From an uncultured Actinomycetes bacterium (GTDB taxonomy: Bacteria > Actinomycetota > Actinomycetes > Nanopelagicales > Nanopelagicaceae): a stretch of 64,000 nt of DNA. Location of the stretch: NCBI GenBank assembly GCA_903852585.1, contig CAINRG010000033.1:5633-69632 (forward strand), given 5' to 3'. Positions within the stretch are counted from its first letter, which is position 1. The number at the start of each line of letters is the position of its first letter. Position numbers and translations under genes: made by a program. Of this stretch, positions 18,786 through 30,179 are shown in pieces. A model generated the notes under the pieces. The model ran no database searches and was not told the origin of the DNA. It saw only the letters and a program-made list of their open reading frames with translations.

Positions 18786-20840
18786 ATGACACGTAATACT
18801 TGGAATGAACTTGATGATAAAGCTGTAGCAATAGCCCGCGCGCTTGCAGCCGATGCTGTGCAAAAGGTTGGAAATGGCCATCCGGGTACTGCAATGTCAC
18901 TTGCTCCCGTTGCTTACACTCTATTTCAACGTTTTCTCAAGCACGACCCATCCCATCCTCATTGGTTAGGTCGAGATCGTTTTGTACTCTCCTGTGGGCA
19001 CTCTTCTCTGACTCTTTACATACAGCTCTTTCTTTCTGGCTATGGCCTCACCATTGACGATCTTAAATCTTTTAGAACCGAAGGTTCCCTTACTCCAGGA
19101 CACCCTGAATTCGGTCACACAACAGGTGTGGAAATTACTACCGGTCCATTGGGATCCGGAGTGGCAAGCGCTGTTGGAATGGCGATGGCTGCTCGATATG
19201 AAAAAGGACTTTTCGATCCAGAATCAAAGACTGGACTCTTTGACCACAATATTTGGGTCATTTGCTCCGATGGAGATCTTCAAGAAGGTGTCAGCGCCGA
19301 AGCTTCATCGCTTGCGGGAACACAGGCACTGGGAAATCTCAAAGTTATTTACGACGACAATAGAATTTCCATTGAGGGTGACACTCACGTAGCTTTCACA
19401 GAAGATGTCACTGCTCGCTATCGTGCATACGGCTGGCATGTCATTGATGTTGCCGCTCAGAGTAATGGTGACGTAGATCGTGTTGCACTTGAAAAAGCAA
19501 TGGAAGAAGCAGAAAAAATTTCGGAGAAGCCAACTCTCGTTCGCCTTAAGACTGTTATTGCTTGGCCAGCACCCAAGGCTCAAGGAACCTCAAAGTCTCA
19601 TGGCTCAGCACTTGGTGCCGATGAAATTGCCGCTACAAAGATAGCGCTCGGTCTTAACCCTGATGAAAACTTTGCTGCACCAGACGAAGTAATATCTCAC
19701 GCTCGAAAAGTTATCGAACGAGGAACTGCAGAACGCTTAAAGTGGGAAGAAACATTTGCCGCCTGGCGAACTGCAAACCCTGAGAAGGCATCACTCCTCA
19801 ATAGATTGCAGAAGAAGGAACTTCCTGCGGGTTGGGAAAGTTCTATTCCTACATTTAATTCTGACAAAGAGATAGCTACTCGTGCGGCGTCAGGAAAAGT
19901 TATCAATGGCATCGCTTCGGTTCTTCCCGAATTCTGGGGTGGCTCGGCAGATTTGGCCGAGTCAAACAATACGACAATTGAAGGTGGCAATTCGTTCCTA
20001 CCTTCCTCCAGTCAGATGAAGGGTGCTTCGCCATATGGACGCATTATTCACTTTGGAATTCGTGAACATGCGATGGGAGCGATTCTTAATGGCATTGCTC
20101 TTCACGGTCTAACAAAGTCCTTTGGCGGAACGTTCCTCGTTTTCTCCGACTACATGCGTGGTTCGGTAAGACTTGCAGCGCTCATGGATATCCCATCAAC
20201 TTTTGTCTGGACACATGACTCAATCGGACTTGGTGAAGATGGTCCAACACACCAACCTGTCGAACACATTGCTTCCCTTCGAGCAATTCCAAACTTTGCT
20301 CTCATTCGTCCAGCAGATGCAAATGAGACTGCAATTGCCTGGCGCGAAGTGATCAAACGTCAAAAGCCTGTTGGCTTCGCCCTGTCTCGTCAAAACCTTC
20401 CAGTTTTCGACCGATCAGTGTTTACATCTGCCGAAGGGGTAAAAAACGGCGCGTATGTGCTCTCCGATTCAGCTGCAAAACCAGATGTAATTTTGATTGC
20501 AACCGGTTCAGAAGTTCACTTGGCAATTGCCGCTCAAACTCTTCTCAAGGAGAAAGGCGTTCATGCTCGCGTTGTGAGCGCACCTTGCCTTGAGTGGTTT
20601 GCCGAGCAGACTCCTGAATATAGAAACTCAGTTCTTCCATCAAACGTTAAAGCGCGCGTCTCAATCGAAGCGGGAATCTCCCTTGGTTGGCGCGAACTTA
20701 TCGGCGACGCTGGCGTCAGCGTTTCTCTTGAGCATTTCGGTGCGTCGGCAAGCGCAAATGTTCTCTTTAAGGAATTTGGCTTTACACCTGAGAACATTGC
20801 AAATGCAGCTCTTCATTCTATTAAGAAAGTTGGAAAGTGA
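18786..20840 (+). CDS. tkt: transketolase
   Basis: 684 aa. GHPGTAMSLAP, CSDGDLQEGVS (TPP binding), GEDGPTHQPVEH. Confidence 0.96.
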   Translation: MTRNTWNELDDKAVAIARALAADAVQKVGNGHPGTAMSLAPVAYTLFQRFLKHDPSHPHWLGRDRFVLSCGHSSLTLYIQLFLSGYGLTIDDLKSFRTEGSLTPGHPEFGHTTGVEITTGPLGSGVASAVGMAMAARYEKGLFDPESKTGLFDHNIWVICSDGDLQEGVSAEASSLAGTQALGNLKVIYDDNRISIEGDTHVAFTEDVTARYRAYGWHVIDVAAQSNGDVDRVALEKAMEEAEKISEKPTLVRLKTVIAWPAPKAQGTSKSHGSALGADEIAATKIALGLNPDENFAAPDEVISHARKVIERGTAERLKWEETFAAWRTANPEKASLLNRLQKKELPAGWESSIPTFNSDKEIATRAASGKVINGIASVLPEFWGGSADLAESNNTTIEGGNSFLPSSSQMKGASPYGRIIHFGIREHAMGAILNGIALHGLTKSFGGTFLVFSDYMRGSVRLAALMDIPSTFVWTHDSIGLGEDGPTHQPVEHIASLRAIPNFALIRPADANETAIAWREVIKRQKPVGFALSRQNLPVFDRSVFTSAEGVKNGAYVLSDSAAKPDVILIATGSEVHLAIAAQTLLKEKGVHARVVSAPCLEWFAEQTPEYRNSVLPSNVKARVSIEAGISLGWRELIGDAGVSVSLEHFGASASANVLFKEFGFTPENIANAALHSIKKVGK

Positions 20841-21931
20841 TGTCGCAATCTTTAGAAGCGCTCTCCCAAGCCGGAGTCTCCATTTGGCTCGATGATCTCT
20901 CTCGAGATCGTCTTCAAAGTGGTTCGCTTGCCAAACTGATCAGTGACTCACATGTCGTTGGTGTAACGACGAACCCAAGTATCTTCTCCGCGGCAATCTC
21001 GGGATCGAGTTTGTATAAAGAAGATATCTTGGCGCTTAAATCAGAAGGCCTCCAGGCTTCCGATGTAGTCACAGAACTCACAACATCGGATGTTCGAAGC
21101 GCCTGTGACCTCTTTATGCCAACATTTCTGGAGACAAACCAAGTAGACGGAAGAGTCAGTATCGAAGTGGATCCACGCCTTGCTTACAATACTGAGGAAA
21201 CCATCGCTCAAGGCAAACATCTTCATGCATTGGTGAATCGTCCGAATCTTCTGATTAAGGTACCTGCGACCCTCGATGGCCTTCCAGCCATAGAAGAGCT
21301 CACCGCCCAGGGAATCAGCGTGAATGTCACACTCATCTTTTCTACACCTCGATATGAGGCAGTTATGGATGCCTACCTTCGTGGGATTGAACGACGCGTA
21401 TCAAATAACCTTCCCGTTTCCGATATCCACTCGGTTGCATCTTTCTTTATTAGTCGAATTGATGGCGACATTGATAAGAAGTTGGATGCGATTTCACCAC
21501 AACATCCACTCCGCGGTAAAGCAGCCATTGCAAATGCAACTGTGGCATATGAGGCCTACCTTAAAGTTCTCCAGTCAACACGATGGAAGAAACTTTCCGA
21601 GTTTGGTGCACATATGCAACGTCCATTATGGGCATCCACAGGTGTGAAAGATAAAGCATATGACTCCACACGCTATGTCGTGGAGTTGGTGGCGCAAAAC
21701 TGCGTGAACACCATGCCTGAGGGAACTTTAAACGAAGTACGTGAGCACGGTGTAGTTCGCGGAGATTCCATATCTTCGCAGATACAGAGCTCACATCAGA
21801 TAATGTCAGATTTGGCTTCTGCTGGAATTGATTTCACAGCTGCAGTGAATTTCCTTGAAGATGATGGAGTTCGCAAGTTTGAAAAGGCCTGGGAGGAACT
21901 CCTCGCAAACGTTGAGGCTGTATCTGAATGA
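20837..21931 (+). CDS. tal: transaldolase (actinobacterial long type)
   Basis: 364 aa. VSIWLDDLSR, GVTTNPSIF, active-site context LIKVPAT. Start is GTG 20837 or ATG 20840; both overlap the tkt stop. Confidence 0.93.
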   Translation: MMSQSLEALSQAGVSIWLDDLSRDRLQSGSLAKLISDSHVVGVTTNPSIFSAAISGSSLYKEDILALKSEGLQASDVVTELTTSDVRSACDLFMPTFLETNQVDGRVSIEVDPRLAYNTEETIAQGKHLHALVNRPNLLIKVPATLDGLPAIEELTAQGISVNVTLIFSTPRYEAVMDAYLRGIERRVSNNLPVSDIHSVASFFISRIDGDIDKKLDAISPQHPLRGKAAIANATVAYEAYLKVLQSTRWKKLSEFGAHMQRPLWASTGVKDKAYDSTRYVVELVAQNCVNTMPEGTLNEVREHGVVRGDSISSQIQSSHQIMSDLASAGIDFTAAVNFLEDDGVRKFEKAWEELLANVEAVSE

Positions 21932-23475
21932 CAATATCCATTTCAACCAAAAATCCCTTAGATTATACGAAGAATATCTTTAGCGAACTCCTTGCGGCTG
22001 CGCCGAAACTTGCACAGAAGGATTTCACTTTATGGGGAAAAGAGGCTGAGGCGGAGAGTTCTATCCGACTCAACTGGGTGGATTTACCTACTCAATCTCT
22101 TGAACTATTGCCTGAAATCTCTCGTATGCAAAAATGGATTGCAGAAAACCATCTCACTGACTTTATTCTTGCTGGAATGGGCGGCTCCTCACTTGGCCCC
22201 GAGGTCTTGGCTAAAACCTTCGGAAAGAAACTGGTCGTTCTGGATTCAACCGATCCTGCCCAAATTCTTGCTGCCACTCCTCAAGATCTCACCCACGTTG
22301 CAATAATTGTGGGATCGAAATCTGGATCGACAGCAGAAACAGCTTCTCAAAAAGCCTATTTCACGCGTTGCTTTGAAGAGGCTGGAATTGATCCCCGTAA
22401 ACATTTCATCATCATCACCGATCCTTCTTCTCCTTTTGATATCGCCTCGCGTGCTGATGGCTACTTCGTGATAAATGCCGATCCCAATGTCGGAGGTCGG
22501 TTTAGTGTTTTGAGCGCTTTCGGGATAATTCCTGCAGCTGCGCTCGGTATCGACGTGGAAGCCCTACTTAAAGATGCATCGCAGGCAGCCCAAGAATTTA
22601 CACAACCTAACTCTCCTGCCGCTCAATTGGCTGCATTGATTCTGCAAACTCACAAGCAAAATATCTCCTTCTTTGATTCTGGCTCTTCTGTACCAGGGCT
22701 TTCCGATTGGATCGAACAACTCATAGCAGAGTCAACAGGGAAGGCTGGAAAAGGTTTCTTACCCATAGCGATAGAAAGTATCGATGCGCCTGTAGCTGGA
22801 GATTCCCTTCGTATCGGCTTTTCTCATGATGACTCCATGGATATCGTGGTCAACGCTCCATTGGGTGCGCACTTCATTCTTTGGGAATGGGTAACTTCAC
22901 TCCTTGCTATACCGCTTGAGATCAATCCTTTTGATCAACCAAATGTGCAGGATGCGAAAACTCGCGCGCTTGCACTTTTGAAAGATTGGAATAATTCTCT
23001 TCCGACATTTACTCCGGTCTGGGAAAATGAAAATCTACAGATTTTTAGCTCTTTACATGGCGACTCTCTAGAAACATATATAGAGAATTTTCTAGCGCTC
23101 TCCCCTGGCTACATCGCAGTGATGGCATATCTTGCTCGCGGAATTGATGATGAAATAACCGCTCTTCGTGGTTTCGTTGCGCAGGCTTCAGGTGTTGGCA
23201 CTAGTTTTGGGTGGGGACCAAGATTTCTTCATTCAACAGGACAATTCCACAAAGGCGGTGTTCCCAACGGTGCCTTTATCCAAATCACTGGGGAAAGCGC
23301 TCGCGATCTAGAGATTCCTGGACAAGCTTTTACTTTCCATACGCTTTTGATGGCTCAAGCACTAGGAGATGGTGAAGCGTTAGGGGAAAAGAAATTCCCG
23401 CTTCTGCGATTCCATCTGAAGAATCGTGAAGCGGGAATTCAAGAAATTATTGGGGCTTTTAAAAGTTTTTCTTAA
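21928..23475 (+). CDS. pgi: glucose-6-phosphate isomerase (type found fused or adjacent to tal)
   Basis: 515 aa. SIS/PGI motifs GMGGSSLGPEV, GSKSGSTAET, GGRFSVLS, FDQPNVQDAK, GPRFLHSTGQFHKGG. ATGA overlap with tal. Confidence 0.85.
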   Translation: MTISISTKNPLDYTKNIFSELLAAAPKLAQKDFTLWGKEAEAESSIRLNWVDLPTQSLELLPEISRMQKWIAENHLTDFILAGMGGSSLGPEVLAKTFGKKLVVLDSTDPAQILAATPQDLTHVAIIVGSKSGSTAETASQKAYFTRCFEEAGIDPRKHFIIITDPSSPFDIASRADGYFVINADPNVGGRFSVLSAFGIIPAAALGIDVEALLKDASQAAQEFTQPNSPAAQLAALILQTHKQNISFFDSGSSVPGLSDWIEQLIAESTGKAGKGFLPIAIESIDAPVAGDSLRIGFSHDDSMDIVVNAPLGAHFILWEWVTSLLAIPLEINPFDQPNVQDAKTRALALLKDWNNSLPTFTPVWENENLQIFSSLHGDSLETYIENFLALSPGYIAVMAYLARGIDDEITALRGFVAQASGVGTSFGWGPRFLHSTGQFHKGGVPNGAFIQITGESARDLEIPGQAFTFHTLLMAQALGDGEALGEKKFPLLRFHLKNREAGIQEIIGAFKSFS

Positions 23476-23810
23476 TCTTCACCGCGAAGATGAGAAAGTG
23501 CATCATTGAGAATCTTCGTTGCTTCTGCCTCAGTGCGACGCTCTTTCACATAAGCAAGGTGAGTTTTATATGGCTCATTCTTGACAGGCATTGGCGGCTT
23601 ATTCTTATCTAAGCCTGCTGGATAACCGCATCGTGGACAATCCCATTCTGCAGGTATCTGAACAGTTCCATCTTCGGCAAACGAAGGACGAGTTTCGTGT
23701 CCATTTGCACACCAGTAGGAAACCCAGAAGCGACCAATTGCTTCGCCACGTTCTGCTTCACCCATTGGGCCAGCACCGACGCGACTTCCACGGATTGCAC
23801 TTCCTGCCAT
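23472..23810 (-). CDS. rbpA: RNA polymerase-binding protein RbpA
   Basis: 112 aa. VSYWCANGHET...WDCPRCGYPAG...YKTHLAYVKERR is the actinobacteria-specific RbpA pattern. Confidence 0.9.
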   Translation of the reverse strand: MAGSAIRGSRVGAGPMGEAERGEAIGRFWVSYWCANGHETRPSFAEDGTVQIPAEWDCPRCGYPAGLDKNKPPMPVKNEPYKTHLAYVKERRTEAEATKILNDALSHLRGED

Positions 23811-23843
23811 ATTGACTCCCTACAGAGATAGAACGTTGATAAA

Positions 23844-24074
23844 TTACTTCTTAAGAACTAGTGATAAAGCCACAACGAATGCGAACCAGAGGCCGCCTAC
23901 TACGATGGTGATGCGGTCAAGGTTTCGCTCAACCACAGAAGAACCACCATAATTTGAGGATACTCCGCCACCAAATAGGTCAGATAGTCCGCTTCCCTTG
24001 CCCTTGTGGAGCAAGACTAGAAGGACCATCAAGACGCTGGTGATAACCAAAAGGATTGAAAGCGCTAAAACCAC
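23844..24074 (-). CDS. secG: preprotein translocase subunit SecG
   Basis: 76 aa, two TM helices, central Gly-rich LHKGKGSGLSDLFGGG. Downstream of tpiA, as in other actinobacteria. Confidence 0.85.
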   Translation of the reverse strand: MVLALSILLVITSVLMVLLVLLHKGKGSGLSDLFGGGVSSNYGGSSVVERNLDRITIVVGGLWFAFVVALSLVLKK

Positions 24075-24185
24075 GATAACTCCAGACTCAGTATATTCGA
24101 GAAAAACTCTGAACTTCTGCCGATATCTTGCGAAATGGCAACGAGAGAAGGATACCCCAGGGGCGGCCTTCCCGCCGATTCGCCC

Positions 24186-24959
24186 TTAAGCGACGCGGTG
24201 GAATTTACAGATTCGAGCAAATTCCTCAGGATCCAGGCTCGCACCACCAACAAGAACCCCGTCAACATCAGCTTGCTTCATAATCTCAATGATGTTGGAG
24301 CTTTTCACAGATCCCCCATACAGAATTTTTGCATTCTCGGCAATTTCATCGCTACCAATCTTTGCAAGTTCAATTCGAATCGCTGCGCACACTTCTTGTG
24401 CATTCTCAGGAGTAGCGGTCTTGCCTGTTCCGATAGCCCAAACCGGTTCGTAAGCAAATACAATCTTTTTCATATCAGGCTTGTGGAATCCAGCCAAGCC
24501 TTCGCGAACTTGCTTAAGAACGTGTTCCACATGAGTGCCGGCCTCGCGAATCTCAAGCTCTTCTCCAATACAAAATATCGGTGTGAGCTCATGAGAAAGC
24601 GCTGACTTAATCTTCTTATTCACCAATGCATCTGTTTCGGCATGAATAGCTCGACGTTCTGAATGGCCAATCACAACGTATGTACAACCAAGTTTCTTGA
24701 GCATGGAACCAGAAATATCTCCGGTAAATGCACCAGAAGCCTCAGGTGAAAGATCCTGCGCACCATAGAACAGGCGAAGGCGATCTCCGTCGATCAATGT
24801 CTGTACTGAACGAATATCCGTGAAAGGAGGAATAACGCAGACATCCACTGCATCAAAATCTTTATCTTCAAGAGAGTAGGAAAGTTTTTGAGTGACTGCA
24901 ATGGCTTCAAGATGATTGAGGTTCATCTTCCAATTGCCGGCAATGAGTGGCTTACGCAT
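24186..24959 (-). CDS. tpiA: triose-phosphate isomerase
   Basis: 257 aa. [27 protein letters not shown]. Confidence 0.96.
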   Translation of the reverse strand: MRKPLIAGNWKMNLNHLEAIAVTQKLSYSLEDKDFDAVDVCVIPPFTDIRSVQTLIDGDRLRLFYGAQDLSPEASGAFTGDISGSMLKKLGCTYVVIGHSERRAIHAETDALVNKKIKSALSHELTPIFCIGEELEIREAGTHVEHVLKQVREGLAGFHKPDMKKIVFAYEPVWAIGTGKTATPENAQEVCAAIRIELAKIGSDEIAENAKILYGGSVKSSNIIEIMKQADVDGVLVGGASLDPEEFARICKFHRVA

Positions 24960-24989
24960 GTATTGCTCCTTTAGATAAGACTGGGAAAT

Positions 24990-26168
24990 TTACTGAAGAA
25001 CAGATATGCCAGGGAGTTCTTTTCCTTCGAGATATTCCAAGGAAGCTCCACCGCCTGTTGAGATGTAGTCAAAATCGGAATCCTTAAATCCTAAGGTTCG
25101 AACTGCCGCAGCTGAATCTCCACCACCGACAACAGAAAGACCCTTCACTTGTGTCAGAGCCTGCGCAAGGACTTTCGTACCGTGGGCAAAATTAGGAAAT
25201 TCAAAGACACCCATTGGTCCGTTCCAAAATACAGTCTGGCATTCCATAATTGCAGCCGCAAATGCATCGGCGCTCTCTGGTCCAATATCTAACCCCATCT
25301 GATCGGCTGGGATTGAATCTGCAGCAACAATCGTTGGTTGCGCATCAATGGAAAATTCTGGGGCCACGACAATATCTGTCGGTAGAAGTAATTTCACCCC
25401 GAGCTTTTCAGCGCGAAGAAGAAGTTCCTTTACCGTTGGAATCAGATCGGTTTCAACAAGTGATGTACCAATTTCATGACCTTGCGCTGCTAAAAATGTA
25501 AAAAGCATTCCTCCACCAATGGCAAGAACATTTACCTTGTCCAGTAGATTAGAAATAACTCCAATTTTGTCGGAAACTTTCGCGCCTCCGAGGACAACTC
25601 CGTAGGGACGTGCAGGGTTATCGGTCAGTCTTGTCAGAACGTCAACTTCAGCTGCAACAAGGTATCCAGCCGCATGCGGAAGAAGAGTCGCAACGTCATA
25701 AACAGATGCATGCTTACGGTGCACGGCTCCAAAACCATCAGAGATGAAGATATCGGCGTAGGAAGCAAGCTCTTTCGCAAGAATAAGACGTTCTGATGCT
25801 TCTTTGCTTGTCTCTGCTGCTTCGTATCGAATGTTTTCGAGGAGAACTACTTCGCCTGATGAAATTGCTGAAAGATCTGCTCCAACAATTTTCGCTGAAA
25901 ATATGACAGGAGTGTCGAGTAGTTCGGAAAGTCTTTGAGCTACTGGCTCCAAGGAAAGTTCAGGCTTGCGCTCTCCTTTTGGTCGTCCAAGGTGTGCGGT
26001 GATGATGACCGCAGCACCTTGGTCGAGAAGATATTTAATTGTAGGTAGAGATGCGCGAATTCGCCCATCATCCTTGATAACGCCTTCTTTGATAGGAACA
26101 TTAAGATCGCATCGCAGAAGTACTTTCTTTCCCTTGACGTCGACAGACTCCAAAGAGATAACGTTCAT
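24990..26168 (-). CDS. pgk: phosphoglycerate kinase
   Basis: 392 aa. [28 protein letters not shown]. Confidence 0.96.
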   Translation of the reverse strand: MNVISLESVDVKGKKVLLRCDLNVPIKEGVIKDDGRIRASLPTIKYLLDQGAAVIITAHLGRPKGERKPELSLEPVAQRLSELLDTPVIFSAKIVGADLSAISSGEVVLLENIRYEAAETSKEASERLILAKELASYADIFISDGFGAVHRKHASVYDVATLLPHAAGYLVAAEVDVLTRLTDNPARPYGVVLGGAKVSDKIGVISNLLDKVNVLAIGGGMLFTFLAAQGHEIGTSLVETDLIPTVKELLLRAEKLGVKLLLPTDIVVAPEFSIDAQPTIVAADSIPADQMGLDIGPESADAFAAAIMECQTVFWNGPMGVFEFPNFAHGTKVLAQALTQVKGLSVVGGGDSAAAVRTLGFKDSDFDYISTGGGASLEYLEGKELPGISVLQ

Positions 26169-26202
26169 AAAGTTCCTACCCCTTAGAAATTACGATTGAT
26201 AC

Positions 26203-27246
<1,044 letters not shown>

Positions 27247-27339
27247 TCATCCAGCACAAGAGCCGGTCAAAAAGGGCAACCACAACGCTGTGAATAGGTA
27301 AACCCTATCAGCCACGCTCACTACTGCCGGGTTTTGAGC

Positions 27340-27357
27340 CGTGAGGTACCCCTCACG
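27340..27357 (-). terminator. hairpin just after the whiA stop (possible U-tract-less terminator)
   Basis: CGTGAGG-TACC-CCTCACG, a 7-bp GC-rich stem 6 nt downstream of the whiA stop in the 159-nt whiA-gap spacer. No U-tract. Confidence 0.3.
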
Positions 27358-27363
27358 CACAGA

Positions 27364-28344
27364 TTAATCCCCGAGCAGATCTGGGCTCAGCCCTGCCTCT
27401 GTATCTGGAATTCCCAACTCATGAGCGCGTTTATCGGCCATAGCTAATAGGCGCCGAATGCGACCTGCGATTGCATCTTTCGTCATGGGAGGAGAGGCAA
27501 GAGAACCCAACTCCTCCAAACTTGCTTGTCCATGTGTAATGCGAAGTTCGCCGGCTTCCTTGAGGTGCTCAGGAATTTCTTCGCCGAGAATCTCCATAGC
27601 GCGCGCCACACGAGCTGAGGCAGCGACCGCCGCCCGAGCAGAGCGACGAAGATTTGCGTCATCAAAATTTGCTAAGCGGTTTGCAGTTGCACGAACCTCG
27701 CGGCGCATACGTCGCTCTTCCCATGCAAGAACACTTTCATGAGCGCCGAGTCGAGTGAGGAGGGCGCCAATAGCGTCACCATCACGAATGACAACGCGAT
27801 CAACTGCGCGTACTTCCCGAGCCTTTGCCGTAATTCCTAAACGACGTGCGGCACCTACGAGTGCAAGTGCTGCTTCAGGTCCTGGGCAAGTTATTTCCAA
27901 AGCAGAAGATCGACCAGGCTCGGTCAGAGAGCCGTGTGCGAGAAAGGCACCGCGCCAAGCTGCCTCAGCATCACAGAGTCCGGCAGAAACAACCTGAGGT
28001 GGTAGGCCGCGAATAGGGCGATTGTTTGCATCAATCAATCCTGTTTGTCGTGCAAGAGCTTCACTATCACTTGTTATGCGGACAACATAACGACTTCCCT
28101 TTCGAAGTCCGCTCGGTGAAAGAACAGCAAGCTCACTGTCGTGACCAAAGATTTCGGCGATATCTTTACGCAGACGTCGAGCTGTTTGGGCTGTATCGAG
28201 TTCAACTTCAATGAGAATTCTTCCGGCCGCAAGATGAAGCCCTCCCGCAAAACGAAGAATGGCCGAGACTTCCGCTTTACGACAACATGGTTTTGTGACC
28301 GAGAGTCGACTCAGTTCATCCTTCACAGAAGCTGTCATTGCCAT
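27364..28344 (-). CDS. whiA: DNA-binding sporulation/cell-division regulator WhiA
   Basis: About 326 aa from ATG 28344 ([14 protein letters not shown]...), a typical WhiA N-terminus, with a C-terminal HTH region. The track's longer 28449 start would overlap yvcK. Confidence 0.9.
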   Translation of the reverse strand: MAMTASVKDELSRLSVTKPCCRKAEVSAILRFAGGLHLAAGRILIEVELDTAQTARRLRKDIAEIFGHDSELAVLSPSGLRKGSRYVVRITSDSEALARQTGLIDANNRPIRGLPPQVVSAGLCDAEAAWRGAFLAHGSLTEPGRSSALEITCPGPEAALALVGAARRLGITAKAREVRAVDRVVIRDGDAIGALLTRLGAHESVLAWEERRMRREVRATANRLANFDDANLRRSARAAVAASARVARAMEILGEEIPEHLKEAGELRITHGQASLEELGSLASPPMTKDAIAGRIRRLLAMADKRAHELGIPDTEAGLSPDLLGD

Positions 28345-28363
28345 GCGAGTATCTAAGCAAAGA

Positions 28364-29296
28364 TCAATGGAAAATGTGGCTGAAAGTCTCTGCCAATTTT
28401 TCCGGCGAATGATGAAAGGATCCCGGAGATTGTGCAACAGGAGCCACAATCAGCTCTCCCCCACAACCCTCAACCACTGCTTGAAGCCTGCTTCCTGGTG
28501 TGATCGATGCAGGATCTGCAATTGCGTAGTCAAGATGGAATTGAGGCAAATGCGCCAAGATTAATTCCAGATGCTCCTCCGCGCTCACTCCTGCGAATTC
28601 TTTTTCACTTGCAGGTTCTGGAAGATTAAATATGACTATTTTCTTTGCAGAAGAAGACTCAATTGCAGCGAGTTGTTCCTTTAAAAGAAAATGGGGCATT
28701 ACAGAACTAAACCAAGAGCCTGGGCCAAATGTGAGCCAGTCTGCTTGAGCTATCGCTTCAACTGCCTGCGGAGTTGCCCGTGGATTCCCTGGGATCAGTC
28801 GCAGTGATTCAATATGGCCTTTGGCCGTTGCAACTTGAATCTGGCCGCGAACAATCTTCCGCCCAGTCGCAGTATTGAAAGTGGCTTCAATATCCAAAGG
28901 TTCTAGAGACATGGGAAGTACTCGGCCAACAATTTTAAGCAATTCTCCAACACGCGCAACTCCCGCGACGGGATCGCCATCTTTATCCCACAGCGCCGTC
29001 AGAAGAAGATTTCCAAGAGCGTGGCCATTCATTTCTCCATCGCTTGTGAAACGATACTGCAAAATTTCTGCCCAATCACGACCCCATCCATCAGATGAAC
29101 ATAGAGCCGCTAGCGCCATTCGCAAATCTCCTGGCGGAAGAAAATTGAATTCATCACGTAGCCGACCGCTGGAACCACCATTGTCAGCAACTGTCACAAT
29201 CGCAGTGATGTCAGAAGTCAGGGAGCGAGCAGCTGTGAGTGTTGCGGCCAATCCATGACCGCCTCCCAAACATACAAGCTTGGGATTGATCATCAC
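28364..29296 (-). CDS. yvcK: YvcK/CuvA-like (CofD-family) gluconeogenesis/morphology factor
   Basis: 310 aa. CLGGGHGL N-terminus of the 2-phospho-L-lactate transferase-like family. Conserved rapZ-yvcK-whiA trio. Confidence 0.88.
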   Translation of the reverse strand: MMINPKLVCLGGGHGLAATLTAARSLTSDITAIVTVADNGGSSGRLRDEFNFLPPGDLRMALAALCSSDGWGRDWAEILQYRFTSDGEMNGHALGNLLLTALWDKDGDPVAGVARVGELLKIVGRVLPMSLEPLDIEATFNTATGRKIVRGQIQVATAKGHIESLRLIPGNPRATPQAVEAIAQADWLTFGPGSWFSSVMPHFLLKEQLAAIESSSAKKIVIFNLPEPASEKEFAGVSAEEHLELILAHLPQFHLDYAIADPASITPGSRLQAVVEGCGGELIVAPVAQSPGSFHHSPEKLAETFSHIFH

Positions 29297-30165
29297 AGTT
29301 CGCGGCCGAGATCTCTGTGAATAGAAGCAGCAGCCACGGTATGGTTGGAGATCTCTTGTTTTTCATTGAGGCGTCGGGTCAGCTCTTCGGCAATTGCAAC
29401 ACTTCGATGTTTTCCTCCGGTGCACCCTACGGCGAGCGTCAAGTACTTGCGGCCCTCAGAGAAGAAACCATCAGCCATTGTTTCAAAAAGCGCCTGATAC
29501 CTCGTCAGAAATTCTTGAACATTTTTAGATTGCAAGACATTGTCACTGACGGGCTTATCCAGACCATTCATGGGGCGCAATTCAGGAATCCAATGTGGAT
29601 TTGGAATAAATCGGCAATCCATAACAAGGTCAGCATCTACTGGAATCCCATATTTATATCCAAAGGAGAGAATATTGACTCGCAAGTCTGCGCTTTCAGA
29701 GTCATGAAAAAGCTCTTCGATTTTCTTTTCAAGCTGGTGAATATTCAGAGCTGAGGAATCTATGACGACATCGGAAATTGAGCGAACTTCTCTCAATCGA
29801 TCTCTCTCCTTTGAAATTCCATCAACAATTCGATCTGCTCCCTGAAGTGGGTGAGGGCGACGGGTAGATTCAAATCGACGTATTAATACCTCATCAGCAG
29901 CATCGACAAAAAGAATTCTTCGCGCAATTCCTCTCTCGCCAATCTCGGAGAGTGCAACATTGAGATCATCAAAAAATTGTCGCCCGCGAACATCAATAAC
30001 GACTGCAATATTAGTAACCGTTTTTGCTGCCATATCGCAAAGATTTGAAAGAAGGGCCGGAGGAAGGTTATCGACAACATACCAACCCAGATCCTCCATC
30101 GCATGAGCTACTGTCGAACGACCCGCCCCGCTCATCCCGGTTACGACAACTACTTCACTAGCCAT
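29293..30165 (-). CDS. rapZ: RNase adapter / nucleotide-binding protein RapZ (YvcJ)
   Basis: 290 aa. P-loop GMSGAGRST, C-terminal GCTGGKHRSV. Confidence 0.9.
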   Translation of the reverse strand: MASEVVVVTGMSGAGRSTVAHAMEDLGWYVVDNLPPALLSNLCDMAAKTVTNIAVVIDVRGRQFFDDLNVALSEIGERGIARRILFVDAADEVLIRRFESTRRPHPLQGADRIVDGISKERDRLREVRSISDVVIDSSALNIHQLEKKIEELFHDSESADLRVNILSFGYKYGIPVDADLVMDCRFIPNPHWIPELRPMNGLDKPVSDNVLQSKNVQEFLTRYQALFETMADGFFSEGRKYLTLAVGCTGGKHRSVAIAEELTRRLNEKQEISNHTVAAASIHRDLGREL

Positions 30166-30179
30166 GAAGCAATCATGCC

